The translations under genes were made by a program, and so were the position numbers. Positions 39,835-50,800 of a stretch of DNA of 64,000 nucleotides are shown in pieces. The DNA lies in the NCBI GenBank assembly GCA_002495675.1, contig DAGH01000025.1, positions 14,258 to 78,257 of the forward strand. The letters run 5' to 3'. Within the stretch, counting starts at the first letter, position 1. Each line of letters opens with the position of its first letter. The notes under the pieces were generated by a model that saw only the letters and a list, made by a program, of their open reading frames with translations, ran no database searches and was not told the origin of the DNA. This DNA comes from Euryarchaeota archaeon UBA182 (lineage in GTDB: Archaea > Thermoplasmatota > Poseidoniia > Poseidoniales > Thalassarchaeaceae).

Positions 39835-41391
39835 CTAGTTCACCCATGAGTATCTCCTCTCGCCCTCTAGGTGGCCTTCAGCCCCAATCGAGACGAGGGC
39901 AAACTCCGCTGACGGGCTGATTACAGATGAGTTCCTCGAGCCCCTATGAAGGGCCTCATAGACAGATTTGTCGATTGATTGGCGTTCGTCTATCCTAGCG
40001 AAAAGCGAGAATCTTGAGACAATATGTTTCCAATCCGGCTGGATGATCCCCTCGAACACCTTGGCCTTCGCACCAGAGCCATATCCACAGAGGCCAACAC
40101 GAGTGCCATTCATGTCTTGATTGTCCTCTAAGTCGGATTCCAATGCTGACATCAATGCTAGAAAAATGGATCCAGTGTATTGATTGCCGACCTTAGACGA
40201 AGCGCGTTGTGTCTTTTCGATCCTCTGCTCGACGAATTGCTTGAATTGATCCGTCTTGGAAATCTTCCTTCGATAAACATCGTTAGCAGCCTCGAACTCG
40301 CTTTCTCCTGATTCGCCCTCGGGGTAATCGGGCCTAATTGGTTCTGGGCCTATTTCAGCCTCGATCTCTGACCATGTCGGGAGATGCCGCCTGTCGTGGC
40401 GGAAAACATCCGGGAACATTCGCTTGGCCTGGAAAGCATATGGCAGGTGGACTATGATCCTTGACCATTGCTCTGTGAGGATATCATCATCATTCGGATC
40501 ATACCTTCCATGGGCTATAGCCTTCGACCTGAAGTTGATGAAAGCCTGCTTAACCGACTCCGAATAGCACCTATTCGAGAAGGCACCGTCGAACACTGGG
40601 GTGTCCTTGTGGACCTTCAGGGTCTCGGATTCGAACAAGGTATGGTCCCGCTTGTCTGTCTTGTCGATGATCCTCATGATTCTCTCGGATAGATTTGTCT
40701 TGAATTTCTCCCCAGCATCAGAGGCCAGCTCCAGCACTGTCTCGACTATTGACTTCCTCGTAATTTCCCTGCGAGGCTTGAAGAAATCATGAACGGGCAT
40801 CGTGGATACACCCCATATGTCTGGGATCTCCAGCAACCTTGGGTTGTGCCTGATGAGGATGGCCCCGCCACCCGCACCTTGAGTGTACTCGCCCGATGAG
40901 CCCAGGTCGTACTTTGCATTGTCGGCGAAGACCACGACCCCGATCCTATCCTGCTCCACGCCTCCCCTAGCAACCCAGTCCAGAGTGTTGTGCATCGCAT
41001 CCACGGCCCCGATGCAAGCAAAAGTCATGTCCACGACATCACAATTTCTGAAACATTCCGGACCGTACTTTTTCGAGTAGCGTTGTTCAAGCATGTCCAT
41101 GATGTAAGTGGCAGTGGGCTTCGACCCATCTAAGGCTGATTCAGTGCCAAGATATATCCTACCAATTTTTTTTGGTTCGAGCTTGTTCCTGTCAATTATT
41201 CTAGCAACCGCATTAGCGCCCATGGTCGCGGTGTCCTCATGGACATCTGGGATAGCCATCGCGGATAAGCCAAGACCTCGATTCAGCTTGCCGTAGTCCG
41301 CCCCTCTGAATTCTGCAAAGTCCTTGATGTCGAAATAAAGCCTAGGTATGTGGATCGCGATGTCGTCTATACCCACAGAAACTGTCATCAT
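39835..41391 (-). CDS. Hydroxymethylglutaryl-CoA synthase (bacterial-like, long form)
   Basis: EDTATMGANA, GTESALD.SK, FACIGA catalytic Cys, GEYTQGAG, DFFKP, HLPY, GNQYTGS, YGSG. Confidence 0.9.
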   Translation of the reverse strand: MMTVSVGIDDIAIHIPRLYFDIKDFAEFRGADYGKLNRGLGLSAMAIPDVHEDTATMGANAVARIIDRNKLEPKKIGRIYLGTESALDGSKPTATYIMDMLEQRYSKKYGPECFRNCDVVDMTFACIGAVDAMHNTLDWVARGGVEQDRIGVVVFADNAKYDLGSSGEYTQGAGGGAILIRHNPRLLEIPDIWGVSTMPVHDFFKPRREITRKSIVETVLELASDAGEKFKTNLSERIMRIIDKTDKRDHTLFESETLKVHKDTPVFDGAFSNRCYSESVKQAFINFRSKAIAHGRYDPNDDDILTEQWSRIIVHLPYAFQAKRMFPDVFRHDRRHLPTWSEIEAEIGPEPIRPDYPEGESGESEFEAANDVYRRKISKTDQFKQFVEQRIEKTQRASSKVGNQYTGSIFLALMSALESDLEDNQDMNGTRVGLCGYGSGAKAKVFEGIIQPDWKHIVSRFSLFARIDERQSIDKSVYEALHRGSRNSSVISPSAEFALVSIGAEGHLEGERRYSWVN

Positions 41392-41465
41392 ACCCCCCCG
41401 ATTAGACTTGATATTTAGCGAGATCCCCGATTAACTAGGCTATGACCCTTTGTCTGGGCGATTTC

Positions 41466-42575
41466 TCATTTTCCGGCTATCTCAAACATTTTTTGCAATT
41501 TATCTGGATTATCGTCGAAATGACTTCTCAATGGGGCCAACACAGACGAAAGTCCCTCCGCAACACCCATCTTGAGGTCGAATGGGTGTACTTCACCCCC
41601 CATAACGGCCTTGGCCAGCTTGTCAGTGTCGGTCCATGTGCTGGGCTCCCCGAACTCCGGCTTCGGAGTCACCCTCAACTCGCCCAGAGTTGGAATGATA
41701 ATGTGCCTCGCTATCTCGTAGACAGGGGAATCAGAATCATTCTGGTCCAAATACGCCTTCCTCAACTTCTTGCTGAGTGACTTTGCGGAATCGTGGAGAA
41801 TTATCGCATTAGCAGGATCCGATTTGGACATTTTATGGTCGAAGACCTCCATACGTCCCCCCCGGCGACCCTTCAGCCCTGATATCATGGGAGTGTGTAT
41901 GCAGGTCGCCTTTGTCCACTTATTCCTATCAGCGACGTCGCGCATGTACATGTGTGCCTTTCTCTGATCCATGCCTCCGAAAGCTATGTCCACCTTCAGG
42001 TGGAATATGTCCGCGGCCTGCATGGGGGGGTAGAAGAAGGCTGAGAGGTCTTCTTCAGAGGAGTCCTCGCTGCGCCCCATAATGCTGAACGTCCTCCTCG
42101 CTCTGGCCAGGCTCATGCCCTTGGAGCACCTCAGCACTTTCTCCCAGTATTCGCCGCTGTCCATCAAGTCGCTTGCCATCAGGAAATTGAGCTGGCCGGG
42201 GCCTACCCCCTCCTCAGGGAACCCCAAGAGGGCCCTGAAAACCTCAGCCATGTAATCGGCGGCGATTGAGATCTTCTCCATGTCTCTGCCGAACTTGTCG
42301 TTCACCCATGCATGCCAATCTGCTAACAGGATGGTAACCTGCACGCCTTCCTGCAACATGTTCCTGACGCAATCTGCAATCAATATCCACCCTACGTGTG
42401 CCTTTCCACTTGGCTCAAGCCCGATGTAGGCTCGAAGAGTTCCGTCCCCTCCCGCGCTAGGTGCCCCGTCCAGTACGGAGGCAACATGGTTTCCACCTAC
42501 AACCTCTTCCACGTTTTTGAACATCCTATTCATGGCTGATTGGGCCGAATCGCTGTAATCTTCAGGGAATTTCAT
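41466..42575 (-). CDS. tyrS: Tyrosine-tRNA ligase (archaeal type)
   Basis: YIGLEPSG..HVG, ADWHAWVNDK, YPPMQAAD, GGMDQRK, KMSKS. Confidence 0.95.
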   Translation of the reverse strand: MKFPEDYSDSAQSAMNRMFKNVEEVVGGNHVASVLDGAPSAGGDGTLRAYIGLEPSGKAHVGWILIADCVRNMLQEGVQVTILLADWHAWVNDKFGRDMEKISIAADYMAEVFRALLGFPEEGVGPGQLNFLMASDLMDSGEYWEKVLRCSKGMSLARARRTFSIMGRSEDSSEEDLSAFFYPPMQAADIFHLKVDIAFGGMDQRKAHMYMRDVADRNKWTKATCIHTPMISGLKGRRGGRMEVFDHKMSKSDPANAIILHDSAKSLSKKLRKAYLDQNDSDSPVYEIARHIIIPTLGELRVTPKPEFGEPSTWTDTDKLAKAVMGGEVHPFDLKMGVAEGLSSVLAPLRSHFDDNPDKLQKMFEIAGK

Positions 42576-42584
42576 GGTAGGGCC

Positions 42585-43103
42585 TCATGGGTTGAGAAGC
42601 TTGCCAAGTTTCTCCGCCTTGCCAGCTGCCCGGGTGTTATCTCCAGCCTCGAGTGCGGCTTCTATCTCGGAAATCATGGCCTCAGCTTGTTTCTTGATGT
42701 CCTCGGACAGGTTTGTTGCCATTCCCATGAAGTGTCGGGCCGAGGATATTCCGGATGCTGCCTTTGAGGCTTTTTTTGCCCATTCCTTTGCTTTGTCTCC
42801 CCTTTGTTTAGAGTTGTACCCAGTTGCTTCATCCAAGAACTGGGTCCACCTCTTCCTCGCATCCATCGCCGACTTTACAGCATCGGGATCGTCAAAGTCC
42901 GGTGGCACGTTTGTGACGTCGACAATCAATGCACCAGAATCGTCATACTTTCCCTCTATCGAGGTCATGATCCCGTGGGAGGCGGAAAAAACATGGACAC
43001 CCTTTACATCGACATTGTCAAAATATTTTGAGGCGAGCGATGATAATCCACCTTCTTCACCTATCTTCTTCACTAGTCCTCTCTTAACATCAAAGCGCTC
43101 CAT
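42585..43103 (-). CDS. Conserved archaeal hypothetical protein (DUF5611-like N-terminus, helical C-terminus)
   Basis: Y/FDVKRG start and FLDEATGY.SKQR motif recalled for this archaeal family. Start MERFD at 43103. Confidence 0.6.
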   Translation of the reverse strand: MERFDVKRGLVKKIGEEGGLSSLASKYFDNVDVKGVHVFSASHGIMTSIEGKYDDSGALIVDVTNVPPDFDDPDAVKSAMDARKRWTQFLDEATGYNSKQRGDKAKEWAKKASKAASGISSARHFMGMATNLSEDIKKQAEAMISEIEAALEAGDNTRAAGKAEKLGKLLNP

Positions 43104-43203
43104 GGCCGGGGGAGGAACAGGGAGGATTTGAAGGCTGTCCGAAATACAACATACTAGACCCGGGATCGCAGTGGCTAAGCAGTGTAATGTCCTGCGGACA
43201 CAC

Positions 43204-44325
43204 ATGATCGGCAGGGCACTGGTGTTGGCATTGATGCTCGCAACCACCACGACGGTGGGCGGGCAAACTGGATCTGTCATGAAGATCGATCATTCATTTG
43301 AACTGATCGACTATGACCCGGGGATAGAGGGTTCTACGCATCACAGTGCTTCAAGATGGGTTCTTGTGATTGGAGCTGAAGGGTATGCCATCGCAATGGA
43401 CAAGGAGTCCCCAAGTACGATGATTCCCCTTGCAAAGTCCACCACCGAGGACCTGCTAGATTCAGATTACCATCCTGGCGGAAACACGGCATTGGCAGTG
43501 GGCAAGAATGGAACCACACTGAGATACTCAAATGCAGATCAATCACTAGAAATGGCTGCTCAAGAGCAATCTTTCGGGTTTGACACCCTCCTGTCTGTGT
43601 CATGGAATGCCAACGGAGAATGGGCATATGTCGGAGCCGAGGAGGGCAGTCTCTTCAGGATGCGTACCACCAGTGATGGCGGGGCGGAGGTACTACCCAT
43701 TCCGGGAACCGGGGGGTCCGCAATCAATGCCATTGACTGCCTGCCAGATCCATTTGTCTGCGTAGTTGTATCCCAAGATCAAGGCATCGGCGTGATAGAT
43801 CGTGATCACAGGCTCTCGTGGATAGGAGGGAGTGGCAAGCCTTGGTCCGACATAATCTGTCGGTCAGGTGGCACCCCCGTCTGTATCGGGATCTCAATGG
43901 AAAGGTACCTCGCTGAGGTAAGTTTCGATGGCGGGATCCCCAGCGTCGATCAAAAACAGCTCACTGGAACACTGGGGACACCCATGTCTCTTGGACTCAC
44001 CGGGCTTGGGGAGATATTGGTGGTTTCCACACCAGCCGAGATTCTTGAACACAGACCCCACAGCGGGGGGACCTACACTTGGTTGACAAGGGAAGATATC
44101 AACAGTCAATCCTTTGGCATCGGTGGGTCGACCATAACCAGCCAGTGGGATGGGAGTGGTGAAGACCATTGGATAGTGACTCGGGACGGCACTGTAGCCC
44201 TACTCATTCCCGTGCAATCCGGTGAAGCTCCAGGAATTGCAAGGTTGGTGACCCTGCTTGCACTCGGAACAATGGGTTTGATGGCATTGGGGATATGGTC
44301 AACGAGGTCGAGAGGGGCCTCTTGA
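43204..44325 (+). CDS. Secreted WD40-like beta-propeller protein with C-terminal TM
   Basis: Signal peptide, blades such as YHPGGNTALAVGKNG and VSWNANGEWAYVG, C-terminal hydrophobic anchor. Confidence 0.65.
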   Translation: MIGRALVLALMLATTTTVGGQTGSVMKIDHSFELIDYDPGIEGSTHHSASRWVLVIGAEGYAIAMDKESPSTMIPLAKSTTEDLLDSDYHPGGNTALAVGKNGTTLRYSNADQSLEMAAQEQSFGFDTLLSVSWNANGEWAYVGAEEGSLFRMRTTSDGGAEVLPIPGTGGSAINAIDCLPDPFVCVVVSQDQGIGVIDRDHRLSWIGGSGKPWSDIICRSGGTPVCIGISMERYLAEVSFDGGIPSVDQKQLTGTLGTPMSLGLTGLGEILVVSTPAEILEHRPHSGGTYTWLTREDINSQSFGIGGSTITSQWDGSGEDHWIVTRDGTVALLIPVQSGEAPGIARLVTLLALGTMGLMALGIWSTRSRGAS

Positions 44326-44371
44326 ATTGCGAACCTTGAAGGGGCTCGTCCTCAGCGGGTGTACAGATATT

Positions 44372-45544
44372 ATGGGATACGAGGCTCTAGACTTCTACGA
44401 TGTTGACTCTCTGCTCACAGACGAGGAACGGATGATTCGCGACGCAGTGCGGGATTGGGTTGACGAGTCTGTGATACCAAAGATAGAGAATGCCTGTAGG
44501 GAGGGGGTTTTCCTCGATGAATGGCGGCAGGACATCGGGAGCATGGGCATACTTGGGGCCCCGCTCAAAGGATACGGTTGCCCTGGCCTGTCATACACCG
44601 CCTACGGAGTCATTTGCAGGGAATTGGAGCGTGGCGACAGCGGCATCAGATCATTCGCCAGTGTCCAGGGGTCATTGGCCATGTACCCAATCTGGGACTT
44701 CGGTAGTGAGGAACAGAAAGAGAAGTACCTTCCCGGAATGGCGACCGGAGAGCTCATCGGATGCTTCGGGCTGACAGAGCCGGACTATGGATCCAACCCA
44801 GGAGACATGGTCACGAAAGCAACAGAAGACGGTGACGGCTTTGTCCTAAACGGAGCAAAGATGTGGATTACAAACGGAACAATAGCGGATCTTGCCATCG
44901 TATGGGCAAAGCTAGATGGCGTCATCAGAGGTTTCATCGTTGAGAAGGGAGACCCTGGTTTCTCTGCCCCGGAGATGAAAGGCAAACATTCTCTCAAGGC
45001 AAGCGTCACCTCTGAATTGGTTTTCCAGGATTGTCGCATACCAAAAGATCGCATACTACCGGGGGTAAAGGGCCTAAGAGGGCCATTCTCATGTCTCAAC
45101 AATGCGAGATTCGGGATCTCTTGGGGTGCCATCGGATCGGCTCAGGCATGCTACGATTCGGCCAAAAGCTATGCCCTGAGCAGAATTCAGTTCGACCACC
45201 CAATCGCTGCATACCAACTCGTCCAGAACAAACTTGCATGGATGCTCCGCGAGATAACCAAGGGACAACTGCTGGCTTACCACCTCGGCAAGAAGAAAGA
45301 CGCGGGTGAGTGGATACCCGAACACATATCACTTGCGAAAATGAACAACGTCGACATAGCATTGGAGATAGCAAGGGTGTCACGGGACATTCATGGCGCG
45401 AATGGAATTCTGGACGAGTACCCGGTGATGCGGCATATGGCCAATCTTGAGTCGGTGAAGACCTATGAGGGCACCCATGACATACACAACCTGATTCTAG
45501 GTCGTCACATTACAGGCATACAAGCCTTCACGAAAGGAGCATGA
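44372..45544 (+). CDS. gcdH: Glutaryl-CoA dehydrogenase-like acyl-CoA dehydrogenase
   Basis: RELERGDSG.RS..SVQ.SL, CFGLTEPD.GS.P, CLNNAR.GI.WG, TYEGTHDIH.LILGR.ITG.QAF. Confidence 0.88.
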   Translation: MGYEALDFYDVDSLLTDEERMIRDAVRDWVDESVIPKIENACREGVFLDEWRQDIGSMGILGAPLKGYGCPGLSYTAYGVICRELERGDSGIRSFASVQGSLAMYPIWDFGSEEQKEKYLPGMATGELIGCFGLTEPDYGSNPGDMVTKATEDGDGFVLNGAKMWITNGTIADLAIVWAKLDGVIRGFIVEKGDPGFSAPEMKGKHSLKASVTSELVFQDCRIPKDRILPGVKGLRGPFSCLNNARFGISWGAIGSAQACYDSAKSYALSRIQFDHPIAAYQLVQNKLAWMLREITKGQLLAYHLGKKKDAGEWIPEHISLAKMNNVDIALEIARVSRDIHGANGILDEYPVMRHMANLESVKTYEGTHDIHNLILGRHITGIQAFTKGA

Positions 45545-45595
45545 TGGCTCCGTTGACTTCATAGGACTGCCTTGGTGTGAGAGATACGTGATAGC

Positions 45596-46351
45596 ATGAA
45601 GGTAGCCGTACTCATCAAACAGGTCCCCGACACGACAGCCAAAGTCGGCATCACCAGCGGCAGCGTGGATGAGGGTGCCATATCCAAATGGTCGATTAGC
45701 CCCTACGACGAATACGCCTTGGAATCAGCATTGAGCCTGCAGAGCGGCTCTGGGGCAACAGTGGTTGCGATAACCCTCGGGCCCGAGAGGTCCTCGAAAT
45801 CCCTAATCGATGCTGCAGCGGTGGGCGCTGACGAGCTACTGCACGTCGTTCACGATGGGGGCCTTGGCTCGCTGTCGCTCCAAAAGGCACTCTCAGAGGC
45901 GGTGACCAGAGTTGGGGCAGAGGTCGTGCTTGTCGGAAAACAGGCAGCGGACACCAACTCAGGTTCAACTGGACCGGGAGTCGCTAAGATGCTGAACTAC
46001 TCATGTGTCGGTTTGGTATCAAGAATCGAAGCTGGCTCCGATGGCTTTGAAGCCACTAGGTCCACACCCTCAGGAATGGAACGAGTCTCCGTAAAATTAC
46101 CCTGCGTCTTTGCATTCGACAAGGGGGATGTGGAACTGCGAAGGCCAAACGTCAGAGGGATAATGATGGCCAAGAAAAAGCCAATAGAGAAGATATCCCT
46201 CGCGGACCTCGGTGTGGACAACACAGGCGAAGGTGTTTCCACAACTTCGGTGGATTACCCCCCAGAGAAGCCCGAGGGCCAGAGATTCGAGGGTGCCGAT
46301 GCCGCTGCCGAAGTCGCAGTCAAGCTCAGGGAAGAGGCCAACGTCATCTAA
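45596..46351 (+). CDS. etfB: Electron transfer flavoprotein beta subunit
   Basis: KQVPDT, PYDEYALE, GKQAADTNSG, RGIMMAKKKP. Confidence 0.95.
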   Translation: MKVAVLIKQVPDTTAKVGITSGSVDEGAISKWSISPYDEYALESALSLQSGSGATVVAITLGPERSSKSLIDAAAVGADELLHVVHDGGLGSLSLQKALSEAVTRVGAEVVLVGKQAADTNSGSTGPGVAKMLNYSCVGLVSRIEAGSDGFEATRSTPSGMERVSVKLPCVFAFDKGDVELRRPNVRGIMMAKKKPIEKISLADLGVDNTGEGVSTTSVDYPPEKPEGQRFEGADAAAEVAVKLREEANVI

Positions 46352-46363
46352 GGAGGAATTTGA

Positions 46364-47281
46364 ATGAGTACCACCATAATCGCAGAACAGCAAGAAGAAG
46401 GGATACATCCAACGTTGCCCCAGTTGGTGCACGCGGCCTCTATAATTGGCGGCGAATGCACCATAATAATTCCCGGTGGTGGCGGAGAGTCTGAAGCCTC
46501 TGAGATAGTAGGAGTTGACAGGGTACTGAAGTTCAACGGAAGCTGCTTCTCTGTTTTCGACTCCCAGTCTTGGTCGAGCGCACTGAAGGGATCCGTGGGT
46601 GGGACCGTCCTTCTGGCATCAACCCCCCGGGGCCGCGAGCTCGGGGCTAGTCTTGCTGCTGACATCGGCATCTCGGTCGTTCAGGACATAACATCGATTT
46701 CGGAAGGTATCAACGTAGAGAGGCCGGTCTTTTCAGGCAAGGCGATAGAGAAAGTCACCATCTCTAGTCCTGCCGTAATTACCATCCGCCCCAACTCGCT
46801 GGATCCAGCGGGGAATGGAGCCTCAGCCCCGGTATCGACGATCGATTCGGGTGAAGATCTCAGAATGGCGGTAGAAGAGGCGATAACCAAGGCTAGCGAG
46901 AAGATCGATGTCTCAGAGGCGGACATCATAATTTCCGGCGGGAGAGGTTTGGGAGATATCTCGAACTTCGAAAAGTTGGAGGAAGTCGCTTCGACTCTCG
47001 GTGCTGCAGTGGGGGCTAGTAGGGCCGTCGTGGATGAGTGGGGCCTCCCCCACAGTATGCAGGTTGGCCAGACTGGAAAGACCGTAACACCGTCCCTCTA
47101 CATCGCGGTGGGGATATCTGGTGCAATACAGCATTTGGCTGGAATGAGATCCAGCAGTTACATTGTCGCCATAAACAAGGACCCCGAAGCTCCAATTTTC
47201 ACCGTTGCCGACTACGGAATCGTAGCCTCCTGGGAAGATGCCCTCCCGGTTCTGCACGACTCCATCAAGGCGCTTCCGTGA
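46364..47281 (+). CDS. etfA: Electron transfer flavoprotein alpha subunit
   Basis: SGGRG, GASRA.VD, QVGQTGKTV.P.LYIAVGISGAIQHLAGM, AINKDPEAPIF. Confidence 0.96.
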   Translation: MSTTIIAEQQEEGIHPTLPQLVHAASIIGGECTIIIPGGGGESEASEIVGVDRVLKFNGSCFSVFDSQSWSSALKGSVGGTVLLASTPRGRELGASLAADIGISVVQDITSISEGINVERPVFSGKAIEKVTISSPAVITIRPNSLDPAGNGASAPVSTIDSGEDLRMAVEEAITKASEKIDVSEADIIISGGRGLGDISNFEKLEEVASTLGAAVGASRAVVDEWGLPHSMQVGQTGKTVTPSLYIAVGISGAIQHLAGMRSSSYIVAINKDPEAPIFTVADYGIVASWEDALPVLHDSIKALP

Positions 47282-47879
47282 TTAAACGGGCAATAGAAAC
47301 AAGGTGGTAGACTCCTCCAACGAGCCTCTGCTCGAAATCCACTTTCCATGACTCTCCCCTGAGTTTCCATACCCCTCTTGAATAGGAAATTTCCCTGGAT
47401 ATTGAAAGGCCATATCCTGTGGCCTTAGATACAGCCTCAATGGCCATCCAAGTCTCCAGATTCGTGGGATATGGGGTTTGTTTCTTTACATCTTCTGTTG
47501 CAATCTGATCCAAGGTTCCCATATCGACAAGTCTGGACTTGGGCTCCATATCCACCCCTATTGGATATGGTCCGGTCGATTTGACTGCCACGGCACCATG
47601 ATCTGTGTGGGATATGCTCCAATGGTTCAACAGAGTTCCATTTCTGGTGTGGCAACCGCCCTTTCCAGGCTCAATGTTGGCAACATCGCCTTGGATGGCA
47701 CCTAGAAGGTTCCCTAGGGCGATCCTCCCCGAAATATGGTGTTTTTTCCTATCTCCCCTCATCCTACGGAACCTATCTTCTTCCACTAGGATCGGCAAAG
47801 TTCCTTGGCTTGAAAGGTCGTCATGGTCGACGTATTCTGCCAGAAACCCGTCAATTGACATATTCTGATTTTGAATCAT
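47265..47879 (-). CDS. 4'-phosphopantetheinyl transferase (Sfp/PfaE-like)
   Basis: SISHT, IGVDME, W...EAVSKATGYGL. ATGA overlap with the PKS stop codon. Confidence 0.82.
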   Translation of the reverse strand: MIQNQNMSIDGFLAEYVDHDDLSSQGTLPILVEEDRFRRMRGDRKKHHISGRIALGNLLGAIQGDVANIEPGKGGCHTRNGTLLNHWSISHTDHGAVAVKSTGPYPIGVDMEPKSRLVDMGTLDQIATEDVKKQTPYPTNLETWMAIEAVSKATGYGLSISREISYSRGVWKLRGESWKVDFEQRLVGGVYHLVSIARLITEAP

Positions 47880-50800
47880 GTCAATTCTCCGGAATACTCT
47901 GCCAGGCCGGGACGTTGATCATCGCTCAAGTCTCTGAGTTTTTTCATTTTGAGCCCGTCGATCCTCATAATCGGGGAGCCATCCAGTCTGATTACGGACT
48001 CATGCACGAAGGTACCGTTGGGATCGGATCCCTTCCTAACCGAAGTTACGGTCAAGGAACCCTCGGGAATTTCACCTGCGATTAGAATACGCTTGGCTCC
48101 GACAGGGAGGGATTCCGCCGAATCCAGATCCATCGATGTGAGCCCTGCTGCCTGGAAGCAGGACTCGATCAACATGGGATAGGACGTCAAATCGGGGATG
48201 ATTCCTTTTCCTCGAATATTGAATAGTCGAGGATCCGGAAGATCCTGTATGGAGTTCACCCTGGCCTCGATGCCAGTGCCTGAAGTGGTTTCGATGGTCG
48301 CGACGACTCCCTTTAGTGGTTGGAACCTAGGGCCATGGAACATCAAGCCATAGATGTCCACAGCACCGAGAATCCGTGATCCGTCCTCGTCGGTGGTTAT
48401 CAGATCGTCAATTTTCTCCTGCGGATTCTTTGAGGCAAGAGCGATTATCGCCGTGTGATGCACAATGGGTTCTGCCATACCACCGGGGGCTTCCGAGACT
48501 ATCCTGCAACTGTATGCCTCGGCCCAGTCTCCCTCGATTGCCTCCACTATGCAACGAATCTCTTTGTGGGACTTTGTCAACTTAACTGGCAGGCCAAATT
48601 CAACGTCTTCGAATGAGGATATTCTGTTTCCACTGGTGATGCAAGATTGAACTGTCTCCGCCATCATCTCCAATGCCATGACCCCGGGTAGGTACGGTAC
48701 GCCTGAAATCGAATGATCCATGAGGTAACTGTGTGATTCAAGATCTAATCTGACTGCAGAAACAGCGCCCTTCCCGTGTTCACAGTATGTGATCACATCA
48801 ATCATTGGATGCCTTGAGGCTGTGCCGTACTCACTGGAGAAACCCGGAGGGAGCACGACGCCTGCCATCCTAACGGACTTGTTCTGGTCGAGAATTCCGA
48901 GATTTCCTGAGATCAGGACTGATTCACCTCCTTGGGTGAGAACCTCGTCCGTAAACATCCTAGCACCAGTCTCCAGGGGTATCATGTCCACCTCGGCCAT
49001 TTGGAAAACTGTCTCCAAGGAACCCCTAGTTGCCATCCCTGCGCCTGACCATGGAGCCCACGCAATCGAGATCGACGTGAGGCCACCCTTGTTGATTCTC
49101 GAGTGCTCAGCGTCCAGTATTCTATTTGCGGCACAGTATCCGAGTTGGGTGGCGTTCCCAAGCCTGCCGGAGACCGATGTGAAAGAGCAGGCAAATCTCA
49201 GGTCTTGATTTGCTTCTTTGAGGGAATTGTAAATTTCCCTCCACCCTGACACCTTTACGTCGAGGACCTGATTGACTGTTGCCTCAGATTTTGACTCAAA
49301 GGGAGTCGAGTCCTCGATCCCCGCTCCATGAATTACTCCTGTGATTCTGCCGTGTTTTGAAATTACTTCATCGACAACGGCTCTGACCCTCTCGCTGGAC
49401 GTCACATCTACCTGGAAATACTCTGCCGTGGCTCCTTTGGAGTTGAGTCTGGCGAGGTTTTTGTGTATGTCCACGCCACGCAATACTTTCTGCCAAGCGT
49501 CATTCCACTCTCTCAGGGTGACTTTGCCATCGTCCCTGCCGGACTCCATAGCCAACTTTAGCTTCAGTTTCTCATTCTCGAGATCCTGATCGGACATGGC
49601 AGACATTTTTTCCAACTTGGGGTCGAGTGTTGTTCGGCCGAGTAGTATGAACGTGGGAGGGCCCGATGGGCTCCTACCAGCGATATCCACCATGCATTCC
49701 GAGGTCACACCCGATGCTCCACCACTGACCAGCCATATCTCGTCTCCGGGAAATTCCCCGGCCATCTCCTGTGCCTCTGCTCTCTTGAGGGTCAGCCTAT
49801 GCCTAGCACCGCCGTCGCCTATGCCGACTTCTATCGGGCCATCTTTCCTTGAAATCTCTTTCATTATCGAGGTTATGAGGGTATCCTCATCGTCCATGAG
49901 CCCTGGATGTATGTCAATGGCGAGGACGTCCAATTCCGGCCTCTCGCAGCCGAAGCTCATGACTGCCCCGTGGATTCCAGCGACGGATGAATTGTAATCA
50001 CCCCCCTCAATACCATGGGAGCCGTCCATCGAGGTCACCGTTGCTATCCTTCGAACGGCCCCCCTTGGAAGGCTGTCTACTTTCTTCAACAGGTTGTAGG
50101 TCTCAATCGTCCAGTGATTTGGAGACGGATCGGTGTAGAGAGATCCCTCAGCCCCGAGGGAGGACATTTGTACAATGCAGGCGTCTCGAATTTCCTCGTC
50201 TGATAGGCTATCCTCCTCGATGATCCGCGCTTCGCCCCCCATTCTGGTTATTCGTGCAACCAACGAATCTGAGAGTCCAAGTGGGTCTCTTGTGACCAAT
50301 ACCAATCGTGGGAGCTGGTGGATTTCGATATCTCCCATCGCCTCTGTGACAACCACATGTCTGAATATCGGTGCGGGTGGATTTTCCTCTTCCTGGGGTT
50401 CTCTTGATTCTCCACTCTTTGGCGGTGAGTCTGTCGATCCTGCGACATAGTTTGCTACGTGCCCCAGCGTCGGGTAATCCCTGATCTGGAAGTCCTCATC
50501 CAATTCTAAGTTGAATTGTGCCCTGATGTCAGACATTATCTCCGCCTGTTTGATCGAGTCTATTCCGAGCTCGCCCTCCATGTCTGCGTCGGTCTCAAGG
50601 AATTCAACGGGGTATCCCGTGTGTTGTGCTACGATCGGGAGTATCGATGAGAGGATTTCGTCATTAGGGGCTCCATACTCGACCTGGGGTTGCATCTCCA
50701 TCTTCTTGCCCTCCGACTCTCCCGCTGATTGGTCGAACTCTTCCAACGGCCTCCTGCTTTCGTTCGAATCGGTGAATGAGCCGATGTATCTGATCACGTG

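Noticed and set aside
39835..41391. HMGS as a PKS beta-branching cassette
   Set aside because: No free ACP, KS0 or enoyl-CoA hydratase pair; it is separated from the PKS by tyrS and other genes. A mevalonate role is simpler.
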